From the NCBI GenBank assembly GCA_963674695.2, contig CAXXGI010000002.1:448001-512000 (forward strand): DNA of 64,000 nucleotides. The letters are read 5' to 3'. The position numbers and the translations under genes were made by a program. The stretch comes from a bacterium (GTDB lineage: Bacteria > UBA10199 > 2-02-FULL-44-16 > JAAZCA01). Of this stretch, positions 10,968-19,615 are shown one piece after another. The notes under the pieces were generated by a model. That model did not search any database, was not told where the DNA came from, and saw nothing but the letters and a program-made list of their open reading frames with translations. Each line of letters begins with the position of its first letter. The stretch's first letter is position 1.

Positions 10968-11900
10968 TCAATTTCCAAATCCGAAGAGCTCCGGGTGGAT
11001 GACGATGCCGCCGTTGGCAAACCAGCTCATCTTCTGCTGTGAAGAAAATGAATTGTTGGCGCGATCGCGAAAACGGTATTTTCGAAAGGGATTCACGCCA
11101 CCCCAGAGTTCGATATCGAGTCCCTTGATCGGTGTAAATCCCACGCCCGCGCCGGTGCGGATCTCCATCATTTCGAGGAAGTGATTCGGGATGCCGCCGC
11201 CCCCCTTCACATCCCACTGAAAGCCCTCGAATTCGCCTTTGAGGAAGAGACGGCAGAAGGAGGCGACGCGAAAGTTCATGCGCAGGTATTGCGGCAGGAT
11301 CGTCTCCAATTCGAAGAAGGAGGCGGCTCCCTTCGGGCGCACGACGAATCCGACGAGCGGCACCGGGAAGTAGATCCAGAACTGTTTCGAGACGAAGACG
11401 CCGAAGATGAGCGAGGCGGAATCGGAAAACGCCCACGCCGCGGTGGCCTGCCCCAGCCACTGCAGATCGTGCGAGCCGATATCCTTGAGATCCGATGAGA
11501 GCGTCGGCCAAAAACCGGCCGAGAAGAACCAGTTGTCCGAGAGAAAGGCCAGCGCGTCGAGCTGCAGGTTGATGAAGTAGGCGTTGCGCGAGTTGTTCGG
11601 AATGTAGTTGGTGACGTTATTGAGGATGAAGTGGTGCAGATTGAACTTGAGCCCCGGCGTGAAGTAGACGCGCTCCGTGATCGGGATGGGGATGTGCCCG
11701 CCGGCGTCGATCTCGTGGTAGCTGATCTTCTCCGTCGGCGAGTTCTTCAGCGCCGTGCTGGAGTCGTAGGTGTAGTTCACATGCGCCAGCCCCCGAAGCT
11801 CGGGCAGCAGTCCTCCGATGCGATCCTTGGCGTGGACCGGTGCCGCGGTGGCGATGAGTGCAAGAAGCGCGATGGTGGCCGAGGAGACGAGACGTTTCAT
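10968..11900 (-). CDS. outer-membrane beta-barrel protein (DUF6268-like)
   Basis: Signal peptide MKRLVSS...APVHA and alternating amphipathic aromatic strands. Start set at ATG 11900 with ggggg RBS. Confidence 0.65.
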   Translation of the reverse strand: MKRLVSSATIALLALIATAAPVHAKDRIGGLLPELRGLAHVNYTYDSSTALKNSPTEKISYHEIDAGGHIPIPITERVYFTPGLKFNLHHFILNNVTNYIPNNSRNAYFINLQLDALAFLSDNWFFSAGFWPTLSSDLKDIGSHDLQWLGQATAAWAFSDSASLIFGVFVSKQFWIYFPVPLVGFVVRPKGAASFFELETILPQYLRMNFRVASFCRLFLKGEFEGFQWDVKGGGGIPNHFLEMMEIRTGAGVGFTPIKGLDIELWGGVNPFRKYRFRDRANNSFSSQQKMSWFANGGIVIHPELFGFGN

Positions 11901-12076
11901 AGAATCCCCCATGTTTGATGATAGCCGCAGCCATACCAGCGCTTCCTGTCCTTTGCAATGCACCACCCGATACAAGAAAAAGAAAAATGATTCTCATCTG
12001 TTCCGTCAGTGGGTATAATGCGGCGATTGTGTCTGATATTTGACTCTTTTTTGAAGAGGGAATGTCCCTTGATTGC

Positions 12077-12093
12077 GGCATCGATCGTGCCAA
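12077..12093 (-). promoter_or_regulatory. sigma54 promoter candidate, with an IHF-like box at about 12153-12165
   Basis: Minus strand TTGGCACGATCGATGCC (GG-N10-GC). TATCAATATATTT upstream resembles the IHF consensus WATCAANNNNTTR. Confidence 0.65.
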
Positions 12094-12311
12094 CACAAGG
12101 GGGTTGCGGAGAGAGGATGCTCCGATCGTGGAGCAGGGACTTGTATCAGATGTATCAATATATTTATACTAGGGCATCGAGTGAAAAAGAGGCGAAGGGG
12201 CTGGATTGCACGACCGAACGCGCGCAAGCGTCATCATCAGGAGAGGCGCGATAGTGCGAGGGAAGACGTTGCTGTCGGCAATGATTCGGCCCGGAAAAAA
12301 GGGGAGCACAT

Positions 12312-13673
12312 ATGCGAAATATTCTGGGGGTGGGAGCAATTATTTTATGTCTGTTTTTTCTGGCCGCTTGTGGCGGGTCCAGCGCTGACGGAGGCTTGAG
12401 TGGTCCGACGATATCCACGATCGACGCGTTGCCGCGCGCGACGAGTCCCATGGTCACGAGCGCTTCCGCTTCGGTCGCTCGGAGTGTCGAAAAGGCGGCG
12501 GCGACGGGTATGAATCTCTGGACGACCGACGAGAGTTTTTTCGATACCAACAGTAGCATGTCTTCCTGTGAGGCGCTCAACACCGCGCGCGAATCGTTCG
12601 GGTCGGCGATGCAGGCCGATATGATCCTCTGCTATGTCCAGCAGATGAGCAGCGCCTTCACCGATCTGACCGACGCCGCGGGCGATCCGGTCAACGTCTA
12701 TGACGGGGCGTGGCACGTCATGAACCTCAACATCGCCGAGTGCACGACCGATGCCGACTGCAGCGGCGACGAATATCCCGAGGGGGCAACGTGCAACACG
12801 ACCACCGCGCGCTGTGAGGTGGACGGCGTCGATGTGGGACATACGCCCAATCGCATCAAGATGAAGATCGTCAAGAACGCGGCTGGTTCCATTACCGATT
12901 TTACCATGTACATGTGCAAGTATGACGATGGCGTATTGACCCAGAACGAATATACCAACCAGACGATCAGCGGTGCGAGTTTTGCGATGCGTGCGCTTGG
13001 ATTTCACTCCGAGGGAAACGGCGGTGTCGGCGCGCACCTGGTGGATGTCGACGGCACGCTCAACTCGAGTGGCGCGTTCGTGTCGCGCGAGATCGTCAAT
13101 CGCGGTATGTGGAGCCAGGACGATCACTTGAGCTGGCAGAATGGAACGCTCACGCAGGTGGAAGCGGGTTTGTACACCTATGAGGGGTATAACTACGGCA
13201 GCTACACCGACCCGAACGCGCAGACGGGCATCTATTCGAATTCGCTCTTTGCGGCAGCCCAGATCCTGGGCGACACCAGCAGCGATGTTTCGGCACTCGC
13301 ACTCGGCGACGGTGCGGTGCTCTTCGAGTACTCCGGAACATATGATGGGCAGAGTTGGGGGCCGGAGTCGGGCGAGGAGGCCTGGACCGGCGATAACGGC
13401 GAGCCCGTCGATCCCGCGAGTTCCAGCGACTACTATGCGACGGCCGCCGACGGAACGATTCCGGTCGTAGTCACCGATGCGACCTTCGATACGTTTATTG
13501 TCTTTGGTGCGAATGAAACCTGGGACTGCACTGACGACGTGAGCGTGGGGATCGTCGACATGCCGCAGTTTCAGGAGGCGACGATCAACGCGGCCTGTTC
13601 CGAATACGTGCAGAGCCACGATTGGATCAACTGCTGGGAGACCATCCAACAGCCGCTGGAACCGGTCGAGTAA
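12312..13673 (+). CDS. hypothetical lipoprotein with small Cys-rich insertion
   Basis: 453 aa with lipobox FLAA-C, a CTTDADC...TCNTTTARC module and RBS aaggggag. Confidence 0.8.
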   Translation: MRNILGVGAIILCLFFLAACGGSSADGGLSGPTISTIDALPRATSPMVTSASASVARSVEKAAATGMNLWTTDESFFDTNSSMSSCEALNTARESFGSAMQADMILCYVQQMSSAFTDLTDAAGDPVNVYDGAWHVMNLNIAECTTDADCSGDEYPEGATCNTTTARCEVDGVDVGHTPNRIKMKIVKNAAGSITDFTMYMCKYDDGVLTQNEYTNQTISGASFAMRALGFHSEGNGGVGAHLVDVDGTLNSSGAFVSREIVNRGMWSQDDHLSWQNGTLTQVEAGLYTYEGYNYGSYTDPNAQTGIYSNSLFAAAQILGDTSSDVSALALGDGAVLFEYSGTYDGQSWGPESGEEAWTGDNGEPVDPASSSDYYATAADGTIPVVVTDATFDTFIVFGANETWDCTDDVSVGIVDMPQFQEATINAACSEYVQSHDWINCWETIQQPLEPVE

Positions 13674-13689
13674 GCGTCGTTCGTTTTGG

Positions 13690-13765
13690 TGTCATTCCCG
13701 CAGGGTGTAAGCGGGAATCCCGATTGTCACGATACATCGAGATCCTCGCGTTCGCGGGGATGACA
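13690..13765. repeat. palindromic intergenic repeat (dRS3/REP-like)
   Basis: tgtcattcccgc...gcgggaatcc...gcggggatgaca with terminal inverted TGTCAT/ATGACA. Confidence 0.75.
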
Positions 13766-13779
13766 CATCGCGTGGTTTT

Positions 13780-13816
13780 CAAAACCCCCCGGTCGCTATT
13801 GCGGCCGGGGGGTTTT
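13780..13816. terminator. bidirectional intrinsic terminator
   Basis: aaaaccccccggtcgc/gcggccggggggtttt between convergent genes. Confidence 0.8.
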
Positions 13817-13846
13817 AAACGGTGTCACATTCATGAAGCCGAAGGG

Positions 13847-13876
13847 TGTCATTCCCGCGCAGGCGGGAATCTCGAT
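13847..13876. repeat. half copy of dRS3/REP-like repeat, followed by gtcacga-type heptamers
   Basis: tgtcattcccgcgcaggcgggaatctcgat. Confidence 0.7.
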
Positions 13877-13901
13877 TGTCACACGAATTACGTGTCACGA
13901 G

Positions 13902-15188
13902 TTACGGCTTCTCTATCTCCATATTCACCCGCCGATTCTTCGCGCGTCCCCACGGGGTTTTTCCGGAGTCTGCCGGCTGCGAGCTGCCCACGCCGACCGC
14001 CTCCATGCGGTCATCGGCGATACCGTGCAGGTTGATATACCACTTCACTTTCTCGGCGCGCTCCTGGGAGAGGCGTTCATTCTCACGCCGCTTGCCGGTC
14101 GCATCGGTGTGGCCGATGACGCGGATCTTCGTGTCGGGATGCGCAGTCAGGGCGTCGGCCACGACGCCGAGCTCCTGCGCGTCTTTGACGTCGGTGATCG
14201 CCGCGCTGTCGGTAGCGAAGTGCACGACGGTCGCCGGGATGATATCGAGCGAGAGCGCATCGGTTGGAAAATGTTTCGGCCGACGGCGCGGCGAGTAGGA
14301 GATCCCTGCGAGCACGCGAAACCTCGGCGAGCCGGAGCTGCGGATGATCCCCAAGCCGCCGCCGACGCTGGCGAGCAGTCCCGTGTTGCCGATCTCCCAG
14401 CGCAGACCCGCGCGCGCCTCAGTTGGGGTCTCCACCTTGCGCGAAAAAGGAGAGCGCAGTCGCGGTTCGGTGTTGATCTCAGCGGTGACCGAGAGCCCCT
14501 TCCAGACGCGCACGGCCGTGCCCAGGTCGAGCAAGATCTGACCGTCCTTGCGGATGTCGTTCATGAAGGTATAGCTCTGGCGCAGAAAGACACCCGCGTT
14601 GAGCGCGATCGACCAGCGCTCGAAGGGCTTTCCTTCCAGAATGACCTTTCCACCGCCGGCGAACGTGCCGTTGCCAAAGAAGTAGCGGCCGTATCCGGTG
14701 GGGATCGAGGCGAATGGCAGCACGGCGATGCCGAGGTATTTCGAGCGAAAGAGTTCTGACTTGAGATAGACGCGAATGTCCTCGACCACCATCTCGTTCT
14801 GCCGCGGCGAGCCCGCGACGTTCGGATTCTGGTAGGTGGTAAACCACCCCATCGGGATATCCACGCCCATGGAGAGCCACCGGTCGAGAAAACCGATGCC
14901 GCCGAGGAAGTGCTGCACCACGGTGTAGTCGACGATCCCCTGCACGCGCGTGCTGCCGCGGCTGAGTTGGAAGGGGCGATAGGCGTAGCTCGCCATCGTG
15001 CCGGCCTCCCACTCCCACTGGTCGAGGTTGCGGCTGCCCCAGACGCTGAAGTAGGGCGCGCCATCGGTGTTCGGCCGAAAGGCGTCGACCTCGAATCCCT
15101 TGGTGAGCGCGTGTGTGGTTGCGGAGGACAGGATCAGTCCCAGACAGATGACGACGATGGAGAGGCGAAAGAGACGAGGCATAGACAT
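13902..15188 (-). CDS. OmpA-family protein with N-terminal beta-barrel
   Basis: Signal peptide, and a C-terminal OmpA domain with motifs VHFATDS, IGHTD, N..LS..RA and NRRV. Confidence 0.85.
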   Translation of the reverse strand: MSMPRLFRLSIVVICLGLILSSATTHALTKGFEVDAFRPNTDGAPYFSVWGSRNLDQWEWEAGTMASYAYRPFQLSRGSTRVQGIVDYTVVQHFLGGIGFLDRWLSMGVDIPMGWFTTYQNPNVAGSPRQNEMVVEDIRVYLKSELFRSKYLGIAVLPFASIPTGYGRYFFGNGTFAGGGKVILEGKPFERWSIALNAGVFLRQSYTFMNDIRKDGQILLDLGTAVRVWKGLSVTAEINTEPRLRSPFSRKVETPTEARAGLRWEIGNTGLLASVGGGLGIIRSSGSPRFRVLAGISYSPRRRPKHFPTDALSLDIIPATVVHFATDSAAITDVKDAQELGVVADALTAHPDTKIRVIGHTDATGKRRENERLSQERAEKVKWYINLHGIADDRMEAVGVGSSQPADSGKTPWGRAKNRRVNMEIEKP

Positions 15189-15203
15189 TCCCCCAAGTTA
15201 CAC

Positions 15204-15317
15204 GGTCCCCCTCCTTTGTAAGCCCGCCAGAGGCGGGCAGGGAGGGGATGGGGGAGGGAGATCGTTTTTTTGAAATCGATCTCCCTCCTCAACTCCCCCT
15301 TACAAAGGGGGAGGACC
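15204..15317. repeat. palindromic CCCCTCCTTTGTAAG-family intergenic element
   Basis: Ends ggtccccctcctttgtaag...cttacaaagggggaggacc. Related copies at 21347, 55059 and 60159. Confidence 0.75.
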
Positions 15318-15397
15318 AATTTTTTGATACACCGGAATTATTGTAATTTCTCCTGTAAATACAAGAATTTCCATGAACTGTCAACGGTGTGCGCCCC

Positions 15398-15826
15398 TCA
15401 GCCGGATCGGTGATAGGGTTCATTCCGGAGGATCGAGCAGGCGCGGTAGAGCTGTTCGAGCAGGAGAACCTGCGCCAGTTCGTGCGGCAGCGTCATGCGC
15501 GAGAGCGCGAGCATGTCGTTCGCGCGGGTGCGCATCGCGTCGCTCACGCCGTCGGGTCCGCCGATGAAGCAGATGATGCGCTTGATCCCGCGCGCTTGGT
15601 GTTCGGCGATTGTCTGCGCGAGCTCCTCGGAGGTGCATTCGCGCCCGCGTTCATCCAGGACGATGAGGTGGTCGTTGGCTTCGAGGTGTTTGAGCGCGGC
15701 GGCATCGTCGCGCACGGCCTTCGTTTCGAAGGGGAGGTAGTGACCCAGGCGCGCACCATAGTCGGCGGCAAGTGCTGCCATCTCGCGCGACTTCATCTTG
15801 CCGACGGCGATGAGGAGGAGTTTCAT
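15398..15826 (-). CDS. rlmH: 23S rRNA m3Psi1915 methyltransferase
   Basis: SPOUT motifs LDERG, FIGGPDG, LSRMTLPHELA and EQLYRA..I....PYH. Confidence 0.95.
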   Translation of the reverse strand: MKLLLIAVGKMKSREMAALAADYGARLGHYLPFETKAVRDDAAALKHLEANDHLIVLDERGRECTSEELAQTIAEHQARGIKRIICFIGGPDGVSDAMRTRANDMLALSRMTLPHELAQVLLLEQLYRACSILRNEPYHRSG

Positions 15827-16488
15827 CGGCTCATCTCCACGATCGCCCCGACGAGTTTTTCGATCCCTTCCCAGACCTCCCCGATCGATCGTGCGTTCAT
15901 ATATGCCGGGGTCGTGACGATGCGGTTTGCGCCATCGATGACACAGTCCGTGGCCTCTGCCTTCTCGATGTGATGCCCCAGCGTTTCGATGTCGGTGCCG
16001 ACCGCATCGTCGGTGCCGGCGGTGAGCGTGGCCTTCACGCCGAGTTGTGCCAGCGCGAGCGCGAGCGTTGCCGGCGCGATGCAGATGGCGCCGATCGGTT
16101 TCTGTGCGTGCAGCATCTGCTCGATCAGTGTTGTGAGGGGTGCATTCACGCTGCCGTTCGTTCCATCGACGAGATAGGTCGAGAGGTTTTTCGCCGCGCC
16201 CTGACCGCCGGGGATGATCAGGGCGTCGAGATCGTCGGCCTTGGCCTCGGACAGTGGTTGAATCTTTCCCCGTGCGATGCGCGCCGACTCGACGAGCATG
16301 TCGCGTTCCTCATCGACGTTTTTGCCCGAGAGGTGATTGCTCGTACACCGTTGTGCGCCCTGCGGCGCGAAGCAGATCGCCTCGGCACCCGCCCGATCGA
16401 TGGCGAGAAGCGTGAGCGTCGCCTCGTGCACCTCAGAGCCGTCCCGATGTCCGCATCCACACAAGACCACGCCGATTCGTTGCTTCAT
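15823..16488 (-). CDS. elbB: isoprenoid biosynthesis glyoxalase ElbB (DJ-1/PfpI family)
   Basis: GCGHRDGSEVHEA, VESARIARG, PGG.GAAKNL, ICIAP and VTTPAYM. The real start is ATG 16488; the 867-aa ORF is antisense run-in from priA. Confidence 0.9.
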   Translation of the reverse strand: MKQRIGVVLCGCGHRDGSEVHEATLTLLAIDRAGAEAICFAPQGAQRCTSNHLSGKNVDEERDMLVESARIARGKIQPLSEAKADDLDALIIPGGQGAAKNLSTYLVDGTNGSVNAPLTTLIEQMLHAQKPIGAICIAPATLALALAQLGVKATLTAGTDDAVGTDIETLGHHIEKAEATDCVIDGANRIVTTPAYMNARSIGEVWEGIEKLVGAIVEMSR

Positions 16489-16578
16489 GTTCCCTCCCGA
16501 TGCCAGGTTTTCTAGCCTACGAGTACGGCAAAGACAAGCGCTTGCATGTCGGGTCTGGTTGACATAGAGCTGCAGCCG

Positions 16579-18645
16579 ATGCCCTTCGCCGATATTGCCA
16601 TTCCAAGTCCCATGCGCACGGCCTTTACCTATCTCGTTCCCGAGGGGATGCCCATCGAGGTGGGCATGCGTGCGGTCGTTCCCTTTCACCGACGGACGAT
16701 CGTGGGGGTTTGCCTGAGCGTCTCCGATGTTGCGCCTGAGGGGATCGCGGCGAATCGCTTTAAGCCGCTGCAGGAGGTCCTCGACGAGAAACCGATCTTT
16801 AGCGCGAAGCTCATGGAACTCATGCGATGGATGGCCGCCTACTACGGCCAACCGATCGGCGAGATCGTTCGCGCGGCACTGCCCGCGCGCCTGCTCAAGC
16901 AGGATGGCCCGCGCACGACGCGGCCCACTACACCTCTGGAGGTGATGTCCCTTCCGGACGAGCACTTTACGCTCAACGAGGGTCAGCAGCAGGCGTTCGA
17001 TGACTGCGTTTGCGCGACCGCTTCCGAGCATCCAGGCGCGGTTCTTCTGCACGGCATTACCGGGAGCGGCAAGACCGAGGTCTACCTGCGCCTCTTCGAA
17101 CGCCTGATCGAGGAGAAACGCCAGGGCTTGTTGCTCGTCCCCGAGATCGGGCTCACCTCTCAACTCGTCGGCCGCACAGCCGCGCGCTTCGGCGAGCGCA
17201 TCGCGGTCTATCACTCGGGGCTCACCGATGCGCAGCGCCATGAGCAGTGGCGTCGCATTCGTTCGGGCGAGGTCGATCTGGTCATTGGGACGCGTTCGGC
17301 GCTCTTCGCGCCGCTCGATCGCTTGGGCGCCATCGTCGTGGATGAGGAGCACGACAGTTCCTACAAGCAGGACGAGGGGGTGAACTATCACGGGCGTGAC
17401 GTCGCGGTGATGCGCGCGCATCTCGAGGGGGCACTCGTCGTCATGGGAAGTGCGACGCCGTCGCTCGAGAGTCTGGCCAACGTGCGCAACGGAAAGTATC
17501 GGCTGCATCATCTTCCCGTGCGCACCGGTGTGGCAACCCTTCCCTCCATCGAGATCGTCGACATGCGGCGCGATCGGCGGCGTCGCAAGGAGCATCCCAA
17601 CACCGAAGGGTGGCGTCGGATCGACGAACTTCACTCGCTCTCGCCCGAACTCTACGACGCCGTCGCCCAGACCTTCGATCGTGGCGAGCAGTCGCTCATC
17701 TTCATCGGACGTCGCGGCTTTGCCAGCATGATCCAGTGCGAGGATTGCGGCGAGGTCTTTCACTGCCCCAACTGCGACATCGCGCTGACGGCCCACGATA
17801 TGAATGGTGCCGGGCGGCTTTCCTGCCACTACTGCGACTATACGATTCCGGCGCCGGAGGCGTGTGCGGCCTGTCATTCGTCGAACATCGTTTCCCTCGG
17901 GCGCGGCACCGAACGCGTCGAGGCGGAACTGGCCGATTTTTTCCCCGAGGCGCGGATTGCGCGGCTCGACAGCGACATGGCCGCCAGCGCGAAGCGTCGT
18001 GGGCGCATCATCGATGACATGCGCCGCGGTGCGATCGACATCCTCGTCGGTACGCAGATGGTGACCAAGGGGCACGACTTTCCGGCGGTGACGCTCGTGG
18101 GGGTGATCTCGGCTGATCTCGCCCTGCACCTGCCGGATTTTCGCGCGGCCGAACGCACCTTTCAGCTCGTCACCCAGGTGGCCGGGCGTGCGGGGCGTGC
18201 CGACAAACCGGGGCGCGTGATCGTGCAGACGCACAACCCCGAACACTTTAGTCTTTTGGCCGCACGCGATCACGACGTGGAAGGCTTTGCGAGCGAGGAG
18301 CTCGCGCACCGCATGCTGCTGGGATATCCCCCGATCGTGCGGCTCGCCAATGTGCGTTTCTCCGCCACCGACTCGAAGTTTGCCGGCGATGCGGCCGAAC
18401 GGGTCACCGCCCTGCTGCGCAAGCATTCGGGCGCCCAGGCGGATGCGCAGGGTATCACCGTCCTCGGACCGGCGCCGGCGCCGTTGTCAAGAGTGCGCGG
18501 GCGCTACCGCTTCCACGCGCTCATCAAGGCCCCAACCGCCGTCGTGCTCACACGGTTTTTGGCGCAGGTGCGCCCGGAGATCGAAGCCATCCTTCCTCGT
18601 CGCGTGCGTTTGAGTATCGACGTCGACCCGACCAGCCTGCTCTGA
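16579..18645 (+). CDS. priA: primosomal protein N' (replication restart helicase)
   Basis: GITGSGKT, DEEH, four CxxC Zn ligands, GTQMVTKGHDF and DVDP C-terminus. Start is 16579 or 16546. Confidence 0.95.
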   Translation: MPFADIAIPSPMRTAFTYLVPEGMPIEVGMRAVVPFHRRTIVGVCLSVSDVAPEGIAANRFKPLQEVLDEKPIFSAKLMELMRWMAAYYGQPIGEIVRAALPARLLKQDGPRTTRPTTPLEVMSLPDEHFTLNEGQQQAFDDCVCATASEHPGAVLLHGITGSGKTEVYLRLFERLIEEKRQGLLLVPEIGLTSQLVGRTAARFGERIAVYHSGLTDAQRHEQWRRIRSGEVDLVIGTRSALFAPLDRLGAIVVDEEHDSSYKQDEGVNYHGRDVAVMRAHLEGALVVMGSATPSLESLANVRNGKYRLHHLPVRTGVATLPSIEIVDMRRDRRRRKEHPNTEGWRRIDELHSLSPELYDAVAQTFDRGEQSLIFIGRRGFASMIQCEDCGEVFHCPNCDIALTAHDMNGAGRLSCHYCDYTIPAPEACAACHSSNIVSLGRGTERVEAELADFFPEARIARLDSDMAASAKRRGRIIDDMRRGAIDILVGTQMVTKGHDFPAVTLVGVISADLALHLPDFRAAERTFQLVTQVAGRAGRADKPGRVIVQTHNPEHFSLLAARDHDVEGFASEELAHRMLLGYPPIVRLANVRFSATDSKFAGDAAERVTALLRKHSGAQADAQGITVLGPAPAPLSRVRGRYRFHALIKAPTAVVLTRFLAQVRPEIEAILPRRVRLSIDVDPTSLL

Positions 18646-18735
18646 CGCAAAAAGCGCATATAAATTGAATAGTTATATAGTCTCTCTCCAGAGGGCCGTT
18701 TTTTCTATTTGGCGGCATTTTTTTTCATCTCACAC

Positions 18736-18764
18736 GCAACTTTGCCTCCCCCTTCAGCCGATAA
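18736..18764 (+). promoter_or_regulatory. sigma28-like promoter GCAAC-N17-CCGATAA
   Basis: GCCGATAA is the canonical FliA -10; the same bipartite motif recurs at six other intergenic sites. Confidence 0.7.
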
Positions 18765-18769
18765 TACCA

Positions 18770-18851
18770 ATGGAAGCAGCAAGAGCAGTACTGAGATTGA
18801 CCCCCCCCTTTTGGGCCCTTCAGCGATAGTGTTGGAGGGTCCTTTTTTTTT
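18770..18851 (+). ncRNA. candidate small RNA (or 19-aa leaderless peptide)
   Basis: About 80 nt bounded by the sigma28-like promoter and a strong terminator. It contains a C8 run and the ORF MEAARAVLRLTPPFWALQR at 18770-18829. Confidence 0.5.
18813..18851 (+). terminator. intrinsic terminator
   Basis: gggcccttcagcg-atag-tgttggagggtcc hairpin followed by T9. Confidence 0.8.
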
Positions 18852-19027
18852 CGATGCAACACGGTTTTTTCGCAGGAAAAAACGTTCATCGCATCGAGAA
18901 CCCGCCAACGGTGTCGTGGCGGGTCATGAAAAGGCGGATTGTCAGAACCGCTTGAAATGATACGGGGTTCTTGGTAGGGGAGAGGCGCTCGCTTTAAAGC
19001 GGGCGGGAGAGGTGGTATCATTCTAGT

Positions 19028-19549
19028 ATGATAAGGGAAATCGTTACCCATCCGGATCCGGTGCTCACCCTCGTGGCCGAAGTGGTCGACGCGGTCGATG
19101 AGGAGATCCGTGAGCTCGTCGCCGACATGATCGAGACGATGATCGACGGCGACGGCGTGGGCCTGGCCGCCCCGCAGGTCGGGGTGTCGCTGCGCGTGAT
19201 CGTGGTCGATGTGCACGACGGCGAAGGGGCGACGCCGATGATCAACCCGGTCATCGTCGAACGCGATGGCGAGATCGCCTTCGAAGAGGGGTGTCTGTCC
19301 GTCCCCGACTTTCGCATCTCGATCGACCGGAGCGAGCGCGTCCGGGTCCGATTTCTCAACGTCGATGGGGATGAGCAGGAGTGTGATGCCGAAAACCTCA
19401 AGGCCGTGGCCATCCAGCACGAGATCGATCACCTCGACGGCCGACTCATCATCGACCGCGCCAGTCGCCTCAAGCAGGACCTCTATGTGCGCAAGGTTCG
19501 CAAACGTCGCCGCGAGGAGAAGGAGGGGAAAGAGCAGTACACCTTCTGA
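19028..19549 (+). CDS. def: peptide deformylase
   Basis: GVGLAAPQ, EGCLS and QHEIDHLDG. Confidence 0.97.
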   Translation: MIREIVTHPDPVLTLVAEVVDAVDEEIRELVADMIETMIDGDGVGLAAPQVGVSLRVIVVDVHDGEGATPMINPVIVERDGEIAFEEGCLSVPDFRISIDRSERVRVRFLNVDGDEQECDAENLKAVAIQHEIDHLDGRLIIDRASRLKQDLYVRKVRKRRREEKEGKEQYTF

Positions 19550-19615
19550 CCGCATATCCCCGATCGCCGAAAACTTTTCCTTGCAGCGCGCGCCTCGCGC
19601 AGACATGTTCCCCCT

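Noticed and set aside
15356-15384. sigma70 promoter TTGACA-N17-TATTTA for the OmpA gene
   Set aside because: The -35 is perfect but the -10 lacks the conserved final T, so support is too weak to call.
15823-18426. 867-aa ElbB fusion ORF
   Set aside because: The upstream portion is the antisense shadow of priA; ElbB starts at 16488 with its own RBS (gggagg).
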